This document shows positions 17,819 to 27,882 of a DNA stretch of 63,568 nucleotides, piece by piece. Positions within the stretch are counted from its first letter, which is position 1. Every line of letters begins with the position of its first letter. The stretch covers positions 1-63,568 of IMG/VR virus record IMGVR_UViG_3300009678_000062; one strand, written 5' to 3'. This DNA is from a virus. Lineage: Duplodnaviria; Caudoviricetes. Position numbers and translations under genes: made by a program. The notes below the pieces were generated by a model, which searched no databases, had not been told where the DNA came from, and saw only the letters and a program-made list of their open reading frames with translations.

Positions 17819-18202
17819 ATGGCGATCGTTTATGCTCCCGCTCTTAAAACCACACGGATGAACGCAGTGGAGGCGGCACTCGATGCCGGTCCCGGCGCTG
17901 CGACGCTGGTGATCGGCACCAGTGCGCTCAGTGGGGGTACAGGCGTGCTGGCGACCATCCCCCTCGCCGATCCGGCCGGTACCGTGTCCGGGTCGGTGCT
18001 GACGCTCTCGGCGCTGCCCAAGTCGGCTGCAGCCTCGGCAGCGGGTACTGCCGCCAAGGCGGAGCTTCGGGACAGCACCGGGGTAGTGGTGGCGTCGGGC
18101 TTGACCGTCGGCACGTCAGCGTCGGATATCATCATCAACTCGGTGGCGATATCCATTGGGCAAACGGTTCAAATAAACACGGGTACGATTACCCACGGTT
18201 GA
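17819..18202 (+). CDS. small beta-rich virion protein
   Basis: AGGAG RBS before ATG 17819; Ala/Gly/Thr/Ser-rich. Confidence 0.7.
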   Translation: MAIVYAPALKTTRMNAVEAALDAGPGAATLVIGTSALSGGTGVLATIPLADPAGTVSGSVLTLSALPKSAAASAAGTAAKAELRDSTGVVVASGLTVGTSASDIIINSVAISIGQTVQINTGTITHG

Positions 18203-18214
18203 TAGGAGAATACA

Positions 18215-18589
18215 ATGCCACTGATTGCAGATAGCGTCTTCGACGCTGGCCTCGCCACCATCCAGTCGGGTGGTACCAAGATCGACCTGTGTTCCTCGGA
18301 ACCGGCCAACTATGCTGGCATTGCCGCTGTGACGCTGGGCAACAAAACCGGCTTGACCACGGGTGCGCCTGCCAACGGCACGGTCAACGGCCGACGGGTG
18401 ACGGTGCCCGCGATCACGTCCGGTGCGCCTGGCAACATCACCGGTACAGGCACTGCATCGCACTGGGCGCTGAGCAACGGCTCTTCGACGCTCTATGCGG
18501 CAGGGGCGCTGACTTCGACGCAGGCGGTGACCTCGGGCAACACGTTCACCCTCGACGCCATCGACATTACTATCGCCGACGCGACATGA
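18215..18589 (+). CDS. small beta-rich virion protein
   Basis: AGGAG RBS; GTGTASHWAL...SGNTFTL; composition like the preceding gene. Confidence 0.7.
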   Translation: MPLIADSVFDAGLATIQSGGTKIDLCSSEPANYAGIAAVTLGNKTGLTTGAPANGTVNGRRVTVPAITSGAPGNITGTGTASHWALSNGSSTLYAAGALTSTQAVTSGNTFTLDAIDITIADAT

Positions 18590-18590
18590 G

Positions 18591-19172
18591 ATGCCGCGAG
18601 CGGACAGTCACCAGAACGAGGTGTGGGACAGCCTGTACCGCGCCTATGTCGGGGGCGAGGAGGTCCACTACGATCGCCGCGCAATGGAGACGTTCATCGG
18701 GCGCGATCCCGAGCGTCTGATCGAGGTACTGGTCCCCTACGGGCTTCTGCCCGAGCATCGTATTGCACTGATCGGTTCGGCGTTTGGCTGGGTGGGCGAG
18801 CAGTTCATCGAGCTGGGCTATCCGCTCGTCACCTGCATCGACACCTCGACGTGGGTGCACGATAACAAGGCGGTGCACGCCATCCTGCCGATCGAGAACG
18901 TCGACATCAGCATCCCTCAAAGTCGCAGCACCCTCGGATCGTTCGACTGGGCGATCAGCGAGGACGTGCTGCCCATTCTGACCGACGAAGAAGCAGCGGA
19001 GCTGTCGCTCTCGATGCGGGCGCTCGCGCCCAACGTGGTTCACTGGCTGCAAGCGCTGATCCCTGGAGGAGATCAGGATGCGAGGCTGAACTGGAAGAGC
19101 GGGGAGGATTGGAAGGCGATCGTCGCGCCTGACCTGGTGGTGGTCAGGAACGAGATCGCCCGGGTGCTCTGA
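18591..19172 (+). CDS. class I SAM-dependent methyltransferase-like protein
   Basis: IALIGSAFGW (motif I-like), VTCIDTS (motif II-like), FDWAISEDVLPIL (motif IV-like). Confidence 0.55.
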   Translation: MPRADSHQNEVWDSLYRAYVGGEEVHYDRRAMETFIGRDPERLIEVLVPYGLLPEHRIALIGSAFGWVGEQFIELGYPLVTCIDTSTWVHDNKAVHAILPIENVDISIPQSRSTLGSFDWAISEDVLPILTDEEAAELSLSMRALAPNVVHWLQALIPGGDQDARLNWKSGEDWKAIVAPDLVVVRNEIARVL

Positions 19173-22100
19173 TGGCACTGCCCGTCCAAGTTAATGGCAG
19201 CGGCATGCTCAGGTCCGGCACGCCGGTCTGTGGCGGCTTCATCTCGTCTGCCGGCAACGTCTATCTCGTAGGGTCCGATCACGGTGCGGGCAACGGCATC
19301 CGGATAGTAAAGGCGACCGATCCTACGTCGGCCTTCGCCAGTGTTTATTATGCTTCCACCGGCTTTCTGATGGGTTTGTCGGTGTGTCAGGTCGGTGACA
19401 CGCTGCATATTGCTCATGTGGTTGGTAGCAGCGGTACTAACCAGCAATTGCGCTACAACACTTTCGATATGGCGACAGACGCCATTGGACTGACTGAATT
19501 AGTTCATACCGGCTATGACTCTACGACGAGCGCCGGCGCCCCTGTAAACGATTGCGCCATTGTCTACCGGACGTCCGATAACCAGCCGCTGATCGTCTAC
19601 AACGGTCCCCGTGTCGCCAATATGGGGACGAGTTACTCACGCGTAGTCTACGCGGTACGCACCGGGACTAATACGTGGTCGACCAATCAGGGACCGATCG
19701 ACTCCGGGGGTACGGTCGATCATATCTACGCGCGAGCGGTTCTAGGCTCCTCAAACCGTACCCATAGCTTCTACAGGTCCGCTTCAAATCTTTGGAAAAC
19801 GCGCTGCATAACCAGCGCCAACGCCCTTCAGACGGAAACGGCTCTGGGTACAGGACAGACTGGGCCGACAGCTCCACTGTCTTGGTCGAATGGATCAACC
19901 CAGAGGATTATGGGAGTTAATATATCGAGTACTACCCTCGTCACGCTTACCTACGACAGTGCTGATGTTTTGTCGGGTGCTACTAATCCATCGACTGAGC
20001 CGACGACGGCTAGTATACCTTACTGGGCATATAATGACGGGACTGATGTTTACGTTCTCTATCGCAATACTAGCAATAGTGACCTTTATGTCATCAAATC
20101 GACTGATGATACCGCGACGTGGGGAACTCCCGCTGTAGCCTATGTTGGCGATGTTAATTCAGCCTTAATATCGCTTTCGCGTCACGGCAATATATTCGAG
20201 CGTGGTGGCAACTTCGTCATTCCGTATGTATTTCAAACCACAGGGGATGTAATCTACTACAATGAGTACATCGTCAGGGCTGGCTTCTCCGGTCATACCT
20301 GCTTTGCCAACGACATCATCAGCACTTCGTCGGTCACGACGGCAGCGATCACACAGGTCCACACCCCTCTAGCCAACGACGTAAAGTCGAACTCCAGTGT
20401 TACACAGCCGGTGCTCGGCATTCGGCGCGACTGCCTTGCCAACGACGTCATCTCCGCATCGGCAGTAACCAACCCGCTCGCAACTATTCGCCGCGACGCG
20501 CTGGCTAATGACGTCAAATCGAACTCCAGCGTCACCAGCCCAGCGGCGCTGATCACGCGGGTGGCGCTTGCCAACGACGTCAAATCTACCCCTGTCGTCA
20601 CCCAGCCCGCAGTTAAAGCGCTTCACGGCCTACTGGCGAACGACGTCAAGTCGAACTCCAGCGTCTCGCAGCCTGTCGTGGCCGAGATCGGCGGTTCGGT
20701 CGCCTGTCTCGCTAACGACGTTGTCAGCCCGTCATCAGTCACCCAGCCTGCCGTGCTGATCACGCGTGTTTGCCTTGCCAACGACGTTAAGTCCACTTCC
20801 AGCGTCACCCAGCCTGCGGCGATCATCGGTCGCAACGTCCTCGCCAACGACGTCAAATCTATTCCCGTCGTCACTCAGCCCGCTGCAGTCATCCAGCGTG
20901 CTGTCCTCGCCAACGACATCATTTCCACGTCGAAGGTGTCGAACCCGGTTGCGAGCATAGTCGGAACCGCTGATGCGCGGGATCTGATCTCGCTGTCGAG
21001 CGTCAGCCAGCCTGCGGTTCATCAGGTTCACGGCGTCCTCGCCAACGATGTCATATCGACGTCGGACACGCCGACGCCAGCCGCTGGCATCATTCGCAAC
21101 GCGCTGGCGAACGACGTCAAATCCAATTCTAGCGTCACCAACCCGGTAATCGCGCAGCGCCACGCTCCGCTCGCCAACGACGTCAAATCCAACTCCAGCG
21201 TTACTCAGCCGACGCTGGGGCAGCTCCGCATCCTCCTCGCCAACGACGTCAAATCCAACTCCAGCGTCACCACGCCCGCGATCGGGCAGCTTCGCGTCCT
21301 CCTCGCCAACGACGTCATCTCCACGTCGAAGGTAAGCAATCCGGTATTCGGCCAAACCCGCGCACTACTTGCCAACAGTGTCACTTCGGACACTACGGTT
21401 ACCAACCCGGTACTCGGGCAACTCCGTGCCCTCCTCGCCAACGACGTCAAGTCCAACTCCAGCGTCAGCAGCCCGACCGTCAGCGGGGTCGGGCTCATCT
21501 ATGGGCAGCATCTCGTATCGCCGTCGACCGTCAGTCACCCGCTAGCGGTCATCCAGCGGGCCATCCTTGCCAACGACGTCAAGTCGCCCTCCAGCGTTAC
21601 CAAGCCGACGCAGCTGCGGCAGCTGCAGACCATCCTCGCCAACGACGTCGCCTCGATCTCGTTCGTTCATGTGATGCGGGTGGCGACTAACGGCTTCTAC
21701 CCGGCGGCATTTTACGGCGTTGCGTTCGACCATCTGCCATCCACCAACGCGCTGGCGGTTACCGGGGCTGCGGACGTACTGGCGTCGTCGGTCACTGCCT
21801 TCCCGCACGTACTGGCTAACGACGTCCAGTCCAACTCCACGCTTACCCAGCCCATACTCAGGACGCGGCACACCCTTCCCGGTGTTGTCAGCGTCAAGTC
21901 CAATTCCAGCGTCACTGTCCCTGCCGCACCGATCACGCGGGTGGCGCTTGCCAACGACGTCAAGTCCAACTCCACGCTCGTTCAGCCTGTGCTCAGGACG
22001 GTGCACGGGCTGCTCGCTGACAATGTCAGATCCACCACCAGCGTCACCAAGCCTGCGGTCAAGGCGCTGCATGTTCTGCTTACCGGCGGCGTCACCTCGC

Positions 22101-25100
22101 CGTCGAAGGTGTCGAACCCGGTCATCGGTATTGTTGGCACTACCGATCCACGCGATCTCGTATCGCTATCGAGCGTCACCAAGCCGCTGGCAGTCATCAG
22201 CCGTGCCGTTCTGGCTAACGACGTCAAGTCGGACTCCAGCGTTACCAATCCGATAGTCGGACAGCGTCACGCTCCACTCGCCAACGACATCCAATCCAAT
22301 TCCAGTGTCAGCAATCCGGAGCCTAACCAGCGTCGCGCCCTGCTCGCCAACGACGTCAAATCCAATTCCAGCGTCAGCAATCCGCTCACAGCCCTCATCC
22401 GTAATTTCCTGGCGAATGACATCGTCTCGGCTTCGTCGGTCGCTCAGCCGTCGCAGTTGCGGCAGCGGCAAGCCATCCTTGCCAACGACGTCAAGTCGAC
22501 GTCAGCGGTCCAGCTGGTCGAGGGGGCGACCAACGGCTTCTACCCCGTCGCCTTCTATGGCGTCGCGTTTGACCACCTGCCGATCACCAGCGGGCTGACC
22601 GTCGCTGAAGCCATCGATGTGCTGACGGTGCAGGCTGCCATCATCCACAACACGCTGGCGAACGACCTCACGTCGCCATCGTCGGTCCAGCAGGGGGCCA
22701 ACCTCCGGCAGGTTACCAACCTATTGGCGAACGACGTCAAGTCGACGCCGAAGGTCGGCAATCCGCAGCTTGGCATTGTCGGAACCGTCGATGCCCGCGA
22801 TCTCGTATCGCCGTCGAGCGTCAGCCAGCCGGTGGCGGGCATCGGCCGTAGCGCTCTGGCGGATGACGTCACCTCACTATCGATAGTTAGCCAGCCGGCG
22901 CAGCTGCGGCAGCTGCAAACCATCCTCGCCAACGACGTCGCCTCGACCTCGTTCGTCCTGCAGGTCAAGGAGTCGACTAACGGCTTTTATCCGGTTGCGT
23001 TCTACGGCGTTGCTTTCGATCACCTGCCGCTCATCACCACGCTGGCTGTCACCGGTACGTCTGACGTATTGGCGTTCACTGCGGAGAACATCAACGTACC
23101 AGTGGCGTTTGGCGTCGTGTCGGCCACGTCGGTCAGCGTGCCGCAGCTGGGGGCGCTGCAAGCCCTAGAAGCTGACGACGTCATCTCGAACTCGTCCGTC
23201 GTACAGGTTCAGCACTATACGAACGGCTTCTACCCAGCCGCATTTTACGGCGTCGCCTTTGACCATCTGCCGATCACCAACGAGCTGGCTGTCACCGGTA
23301 CGGCTGACGTGCTGTCGGTCAGCGCGACTAACATCAACGTGCCCGAGGCGCGTGATGTCACCTCACTATCGATAGTTAGCCAGCCGCAGCTAGGCGCTCA
23401 GCAAACCCTACTCGCCAACGACGTCAAATCGACCTCGGCCGTGCTGCTGGTCAGGGAGGCGACGAACGGCTTCTACCCGGCTGCGTTCTACGGTGTCGCC
23501 TTCGACCACCTGCCGACCACCAACGCACTGGCTGCCGTCGAAGCTGCAGATGTGCTGGCGATCGATACGCTGGTTCTCGGCCTTCCGGTCACCTGCGATC
23601 TGGCGGTGACCGATGCAGTCGACGTTCCGGCATTCGACGCTTCGATGTATCTGGCTGTGGATATGGCGGTTGTCGAAGGGCAGCCGTACAGCTTCCAGGC
23701 TTTCTACCCGGCAGCGTTTGATCCCGGCTTCTATACCGACACCATAACCATCCAGCTCGTCGACCAGTTCAGCGCCGGGGTTTCCCTCGGCCCAATCATC
23801 GCGATGATGGATCTGGCGGTAGCCGAAGCTGCCGACACGCCGTCGGTCACTGCAGCGAGCGGGGTGGCGTACATATCCCTCGATGTGGGGATTATCGAGG
23901 GGCTGGTTTACAGCCAGGAAGCGTTCAATCCGCCAGCGTTTTACGAGCTTGGCTTTTTCACCAACGCGTCGATCGTACAGTTCACCGACCAGTTCAGCGC
24001 CACGCTTTCTGCCAGCGCGGAGCTGGGCTTGGCGGCGACCGAAGCTGCCGACATTACGGCAATCGATGTCGAGTACGTGCCGGCGTTCATTGTCCTCGAC
24101 GTGGGGATCGTCGAGGGGCAGGTCTACAACGTTCAGGCTTTCAATCCCGACGCGTTCTACGGATTTTATACCGATCCGACGACCGTACAGTTCGCCGACC
24201 AGTTCAGTGCTGAAATCCTAGCTGGTTCGCTATTGGGCTTGGCGGCTACCGAAGCTGCCGATGCTCCAGCGGTCACTGCCGAGGTAAGTGGACCGGCGTA
24301 CCTGTCGCTCGATATGGCGGCGGTCGAGGGGCTGACCTTCAACGCTCAGGCGTTCTATCCGACAGCGTTCAACGATCCGGGTTTCTACATCGAGCCGGCG
24401 ACTGTGCAGGTCACCGACCGGTTCGATGGCGATATCCTGCTCGGCGTCTGGATGGACCTGGCAGTCACCGAAGACGTCGACAGCGTGGAGCTAGCCGACT
24501 CCTCGTTCATCTCCCTCGACATGGCGGTGATCGAGGGTTGGGTCCCCGACGTCCAAGCGTTCAACCCTGCAGCGTTCTACGGTTTCTACACCGACACGGT
24601 GACCCTGTATCTCACCGACACGCTGGAAGCGACGGCGGAAGCGCTCAACTTCATCAGCGTTGGGATAGTGGAGGATGTCGACACCGTAACCGGTCAGGTC
24701 GATGCCATTGACGACGGGCTGTTCGGCGTAGAAGCGCCCGACGCTGCCATACTGATCGTCTATACCACGTCCGATCTGACTGTCGATCTGGTGGCGGTCG
24801 AAGCGGCTGACACCGCAGAGATCAGCGGCTCGCCGTTCATCTCCCTCGATATGACGGTCGTTGAGGGGCTGACTTACAACACCCAAGCCTTCAACTCCGA
24901 AGCATTCTACGCGGTTGGTTTCTACATCGACACGGAGACCGTTCAGGTCACCGACCAGTTTGCCGCCGAGGTTTTCCTCGGTGTGTCGATGGACTTGGCA
25001 GTGACCGAGGATGTCGACATCCTGTTCATTGCCGATGCATCGCTAGCATACATGGAGATGGCGGCAGTTGAGGGGCTGAGCTACAACGTTCAGGCTTTCA

Positions 25101-25609
25101 ACTCGGCAGCGTTCTACGAGTTCGGTTTCTATACCGACCCGATAATTACACAATCCGGCGACCAGTTCAGCGCTGAACTTTCTGTCACTTACGATAATGT
25201 AATTGTTATGAACTTTAACGTGTCGGAGGGTATCTTCGACACCTTCAAAGGCACTGCTCACAACGAGTTTGCGTATTTCTATAGCGACGCTGAGGGCATT
25301 CGTGTACCGTGGGAAAATCAGGCTGCCAGCGTACCGGGCAAGCCTAAGCCAGTTGAGCAGCCCATCTACGTTCCGTGGGAGCGCCCCAGTGTAGTGATCC
25401 CGGGAAGGCCGCGCGGAAGGACGAGTGTTTATCACCGGTCGCATCTCGCTTTTTACGACAAAGCGTTTTATCCTCCAGCGTTTTTCATCGGTTCCGGGGC
25501 TGTAGCCTACGACGACGATGAAGCCATCATGGTGCCACCGGCCATGGTGGTGGAGCGCCTCCGAGAGGACCGTAAGTCTTATGCAGCTCCCAGGATAAGA
25601 CCGAGATGA
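19172..25609 (+). CDS. 2145-aa repeat-rich fibre or filament protein
   Basis: N-terminal ~370-aa beta-rich domain, about 40 imperfect 22-aa units (LANDVKSNSSVTQP...), five TNGFYPxAFYGVAFDHLP and seven QAFNPxAFY-GFYTD modules. Confidence 0.8.
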   Translation: MALPVQVNGSGMLRSGTPVCGGFISSAGNVYLVGSDHGAGNGIRIVKATDPTSAFASVYYASTGFLMGLSVCQVGDTLHIAHVVGSSGTNQQLRYNTFDMATDAIGLTELVHTGYDSTTSAGAPVNDCAIVYRTSDNQPLIVYNGPRVANMGTSYSRVVYAVRTGTNTWSTNQGPIDSGGTVDHIYARAVLGSSNRTHSFYRSASNLWKTRCITSANALQTETALGTGQTGPTAPLSWSNGSTQRIMGVNISSTTLVTLTYDSADVLSGATNPSTEPTTASIPYWAYNDGTDVYVLYRNTSNSDLYVIKSTDDTATWGTPAVAYVGDVNSALISLSRHGNIFERGGNFVIPYVFQTTGDVIYYNEYIVRAGFSGHTCFANDIISTSSVTTAAITQVHTPLANDVKSNSSVTQPVLGIRRDCLANDVISASAVTNPLATIRRDALANDVKSNSSVTSPAALITRVALANDVKSTPVVTQPAVKALHGLLANDVKSNSSVSQPVVAEIGGSVACLANDVVSPSSVTQPAVLITRVCLANDVKSTSSVTQPAAIIGRNVLANDVKSIPVVTQPAAVIQRAVLANDIISTSKVSNPVASIVGTADARDLISLSSVSQPAVHQVHGVLANDVISTSDTPTPAAGIIRNALANDVKSNSSVTNPVIAQRHAPLANDVKSNSSVTQPTLGQLRILLANDVKSNSSVTTPAIGQLRVLLANDVISTSKVSNPVFGQTRALLANSVTSDTTVTNPVLGQLRALLANDVKSNSSVSSPTVSGVGLIYGQHLVSPSTVSHPLAVIQRAILANDVKSPSSVTKPTQLRQLQTILANDVASISFVHVMRVATNGFYPAAFYGVAFDHLPSTNALAVTGAADVLASSVTAFPHVLANDVQSNSTLTQPILRTRHTLPGVVSVKSNSSVTVPAAPITRVALANDVKSNSTLVQPVLRTVHGLLADNVRSTTSVTKPAVKALHVLLTGGVTSPSKVSNPVIGIVGTTDPRDLVSLSSVTKPLAVISRAVLANDVKSDSSVTNPIVGQRHAPLANDIQSNSSVSNPEPNQRRALLANDVKSNSSVSNPLTALIRNFLANDIVSASSVAQPSQLRQRQAILANDVKSTSAVQLVEGATNGFYPVAFYGVAFDHLPITSGLTVAEAIDVLTVQAAIIHNTLANDLTSPSSVQQGANLRQVTNLLANDVKSTPKVGNPQLGIVGTVDARDLVSPSSVSQPVAGIGRSALADDVTSLSIVSQPAQLRQLQTILANDVASTSFVLQVKESTNGFYPVAFYGVAFDHLPLITTLAVTGTSDVLAFTAENINVPVAFGVVSATSVSVPQLGALQALEADDVISNSSVVQVQHYTNGFYPAAFYGVAFDHLPITNELAVTGTADVLSVSATNINVPEARDVTSLSIVSQPQLGAQQTLLANDVKSTSAVLLVREATNGFYPAAFYGVAFDHLPTTNALAAVEAADVLAIDTLVLGLPVTCDLAVTDAVDVPAFDASMYLAVDMAVVEGQPYSFQAFYPAAFDPGFYTDTITIQLVDQFSAGVSLGPIIAMMDLAVAEAADTPSVTAASGVAYISLDVGIIEGLVYSQEAFNPPAFYELGFFTNASIVQFTDQFSATLSASAELGLAATEAADITAIDVEYVPAFIVLDVGIVEGQVYNVQAFNPDAFYGFYTDPTTVQFADQFSAEILAGSLLGLAATEAADAPAVTAEVSGPAYLSLDMAAVEGLTFNAQAFYPTAFNDPGFYIEPATVQVTDRFDGDILLGVWMDLAVTEDVDSVELADSSFISLDMAVIEGWVPDVQAFNPAAFYGFYTDTVTLYLTDTLEATAEALNFISVGIVEDVDTVTGQVDAIDDGLFGVEAPDAAILIVYTTSDLTVDLVAVEAADTAEISGSPFISLDMTVVEGLTYNTQAFNSEAFYAVGFYIDTETVQVTDQFAAEVFLGVSMDLAVTEDVDILFIADASLAYMEMAAVEGLSYNVQAFNSAAFYEFGFYTDPIITQSGDQFSAELSVTYDNVIVMNFNVSEGIFDTFKGTAHNEFAYFYSDAEGIRVPWENQAASVPGKPKPVEQPIYVPWERPSVVIPGRPRGRTSVYHRSHLAFYDKAFYPPAFFIGSGAVAYDDDEAIMVPPAMVVERLREDRKSYAAPRIRPR
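20300..23450 (+). repeat. degenerate 66-bp coding tandem repeat
   Basis: Recurrent GCCAACGACGTCAA(A/G)TC core at a 66-bp period, in frame. Confidence 0.9.
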
Positions 25610-25914
25610 GCGCGCTGGCCAAATTCGTCAAAGATCCTGATGAGACCAAGCGCTACGTCGTTTCATGGGCGGATTGGCTCGATACTGGCGAGCTGCTCCA
25701 GACTGCGGCATTCGAGGTTGCAGTCGATAGCGGCGACGATCTGGCGACGTTGGTAACTATCGATAGTTACGCGTTGACCACTGATCTGCTGGCCGTGGTG
25801 TTTTTTGTCAGTGGTGGCGTCGCCAATGTGGCATACAAGATCACCATTCGGGTGAACACCAACGGTGGTCAGGTCAAAGAGGACTGCGTCCTCATGTCGG
25901 TTAGGGATTGCTAA
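25606..25914 (+). CDS. small fibre-associated adaptor protein
   Basis: KDPDETKRYVVSW...VSGG...YKIT motif; ATGA-coupled to the fibre gene. Confidence 0.7.
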   Translation: MSALAKFVKDPDETKRYVVSWADWLDTGELLQTAAFEVAVDSGDDLATLVTIDSYALTTDLLAVVFFVSGGVANVAYKITIRVNTNGGQVKEDCVLMSVRDC

Positions 25915-25915
25915 A

Positions 25916-27394
25916 ATGGCCCAGACGATCAAGCATGCCAAGACCTCGAGTGTGCCGGATGGTAGCGATGCCAATCAGGTCCAACCGTCCGATTGGAACG
26001 CCAATCACACGATCACCGGCACGGTGGCGTATGGCGAGATCAGCGGTGTACCGGGGCTAGCGTCGAACGCGGAAACGCTGACTGGTACCGATGCCGCCAA
26101 GACGGTGACACCAGACGCACTAGCGGCGTTGTGGGAGAAGGGGGCGGACGTCGCCAGTGCGGCGACAATCACGTTAGGTGATGGTGGTTACTTTTCGATC
26201 ACCGGTACGACTGGTATCACCGACATTGATTTCACTACACCGAAGGATGGTCGAACGGCGTGGCTGGTGTTCGCCGGGGCGCTGACCATCACCCATTCGG
26301 CGACGCTGATCTGTCCCAACGCCGAGAATATCCAGACCGTTGCGGGTGACCGCATCCTCGTCACACAGGAGAGCGGCGACACGATCCGGGTGCTCGAAGT
26401 GGGGCGGGCCGAGGGTCTGGCCAGAGGGCGCAGAAACCGGATCATAAACGGCGATTTTGCCGTCGATCAGTATAATAGCGGCGGCGGGGTTACAGTCACA
26501 ACTATAGATCAGATGGCCGTCGATCGCTGGTCTATATACCCCACCGCACCGGGAACACTTGCGGCCGCACTTGATAGATCGGCCACGCCCGCGCCCTTTG
26601 CCGGGATGACTTCACTCAAACTTACGGTGGGTACGGCGGATGCCACGCTTGCCGCAGCTGATTTCTGGACAATGGAGCACGTAATCGAGAACGGCAACTA
26701 TTCTGATCTTGCGTGGGGGGCGGCTGGCGCCAAGCCGGTGACGCTCAGTTTCTGGGTGTACTCCTCAATTCTTGGAACGTTCGCGGTTTCGATTGCCAAT
26801 CAGGATTACACGCGCACGTGGATTGGCAGCTACACGATTAATGTTATCAATACGTGGGAGAAGAAAATCATCACCATTCCTGGTGATACGAATGCCGGTT
26901 GGCAAGTCGGCGCTAATGGCATGCATGTCGTATTCCCACTGGCGCTCGGATCAAACTATCACGGTGTTGCAGGATGGCAGACCGGCGTTACCAAGATCGG
27001 GCTGGCTGCCGCGACCAACTTTATGGCCGCGACCGCACGCCGGATCAGCTTCAAGGATGTCCAGCTGGAAGTCGGATCGTACTGCACTGAGTATGAGCGT
27101 CTGAGTTTTGGCGACCAGCTTAACCAGTGTCAGCGCTATTATGAGCGAGGCGCTGGCCAGTTTAGTGGGAACGTGACCAGTGGTTCCCAGTACTGGAGTT
27201 ATTTTACATACAAGATGACCAAACCCTTCATCCCGACCCTCGTGTTTACTAATTCCTACAATGTGGGGTTCCCAGCTACCCCCGGCCTCACGACGGATAC
27301 CGATACCAACAACGGCTATGAGATGCGCACCGCAAACTCTACCGTTAACGGCGGTATTTTCACGACAAATTACACCGCACAGGCGGAGTTATAA
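25916..27394 (+). CDS. tail fibre protein
   Basis: RNRIINGDFAVDQ...DRW...VTLSFWV...VQLEVG...CQRYYE fibre-type domain. Confidence 0.8.
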   Translation: MAQTIKHAKTSSVPDGSDANQVQPSDWNANHTITGTVAYGEISGVPGLASNAETLTGTDAAKTVTPDALAALWEKGADVASAATITLGDGGYFSITGTTGITDIDFTTPKDGRTAWLVFAGALTITHSATLICPNAENIQTVAGDRILVTQESGDTIRVLEVGRAEGLARGRRNRIINGDFAVDQYNSGGGVTVTTIDQMAVDRWSIYPTAPGTLAAALDRSATPAPFAGMTSLKLTVGTADATLAAADFWTMEHVIENGNYSDLAWGAAGAKPVTLSFWVYSSILGTFAVSIANQDYTRTWIGSYTINVINTWEKKIITIPGDTNAGWQVGANGMHVVFPLALGSNYHGVAGWQTGVTKIGLAAATNFMAATARRISFKDVQLEVGSYCTEYERLSFGDQLNQCQRYYERGAGQFSGNVTSGSQYWSYFTYKMTKPFIPTLVFTNSYNVGFPATPGLTTDTDTNNGYEMRTANSTVNGGIFTTNYTAQAEL

Positions 27395-27396
27395 CC

Positions 27397-27663
27397 ATGC
27401 CTCCCAGAAAACTTAATATCGTCAGCGCCACCTACGCCAACGAAGAGCAAACTACGATCGAGATCGTGGTGGCAGACATGCCGCCAGATGCACGGGTGTT
27501 CGTCCCGACCGATCCGAGGAACCGGGATTTCGTTGCGGTTCAGGCGTGGGTGGGGGAGGGCCACACCATAGCGCCCTACGTCGCTCCACCTCCCCCGCCA
27601 GCCAGCCCGACATCTGATGAACTGCTGAGGCGCATAGAAGCGCTGGAAGCCAAGCGGAAATGA
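27397..27663 (+). CDS. tail fibre-associated small protein (chaperone-like)
   Basis: FVPTDPRNRDF...WVGEGHTIAPY; follows the fibre gene. Confidence 0.65.
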   Translation: MPPRKLNIVSATYANEEQTTIEIVVADMPPDARVFVPTDPRNRDFVAVQAWVGEGHTIAPYVAPPPPPASPTSDELLRRIEALEAKRK

Positions 27664-27866
27664 GGGATCCCGACTATCGCGGGATTGCGGCTCTGGCGAT
27701 TGCGGTGTGCGGCGCTGTAGGAGTGTTCATCATTACGCCTATAGCTCTGATACTGGACGTGAAATTGGGCGATGGCAGAGTGCTGATTGCGATTGGGGGC
27801 GCGCTGATCGGAGCGTTTGCGACGTATATGGGAATGAAGTACACGCATCCCAACGACAAGCCTTAG
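27660..27866 (+). CDS. small protein with two transmembrane segments
   Basis: Two hydrophobic segments; ATGA coupling. Confidence 0.6.
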   Translation: MRDPDYRGIAALAIAVCGAVGVFIITPIALILDVKLGDGRVLIAIGGALIGAFATYMGMKYTHPNDKP

Positions 27867-27882
27867 CTTCCGGAAGGTTAAG

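Noticed and set aside
20300-23450. 66-bp periodic repeats resembling a CRISPR array
   Set aside because: They are in-frame, degenerate at third codon positions and encode a 22-aa protein repeat. No cas operon is present.
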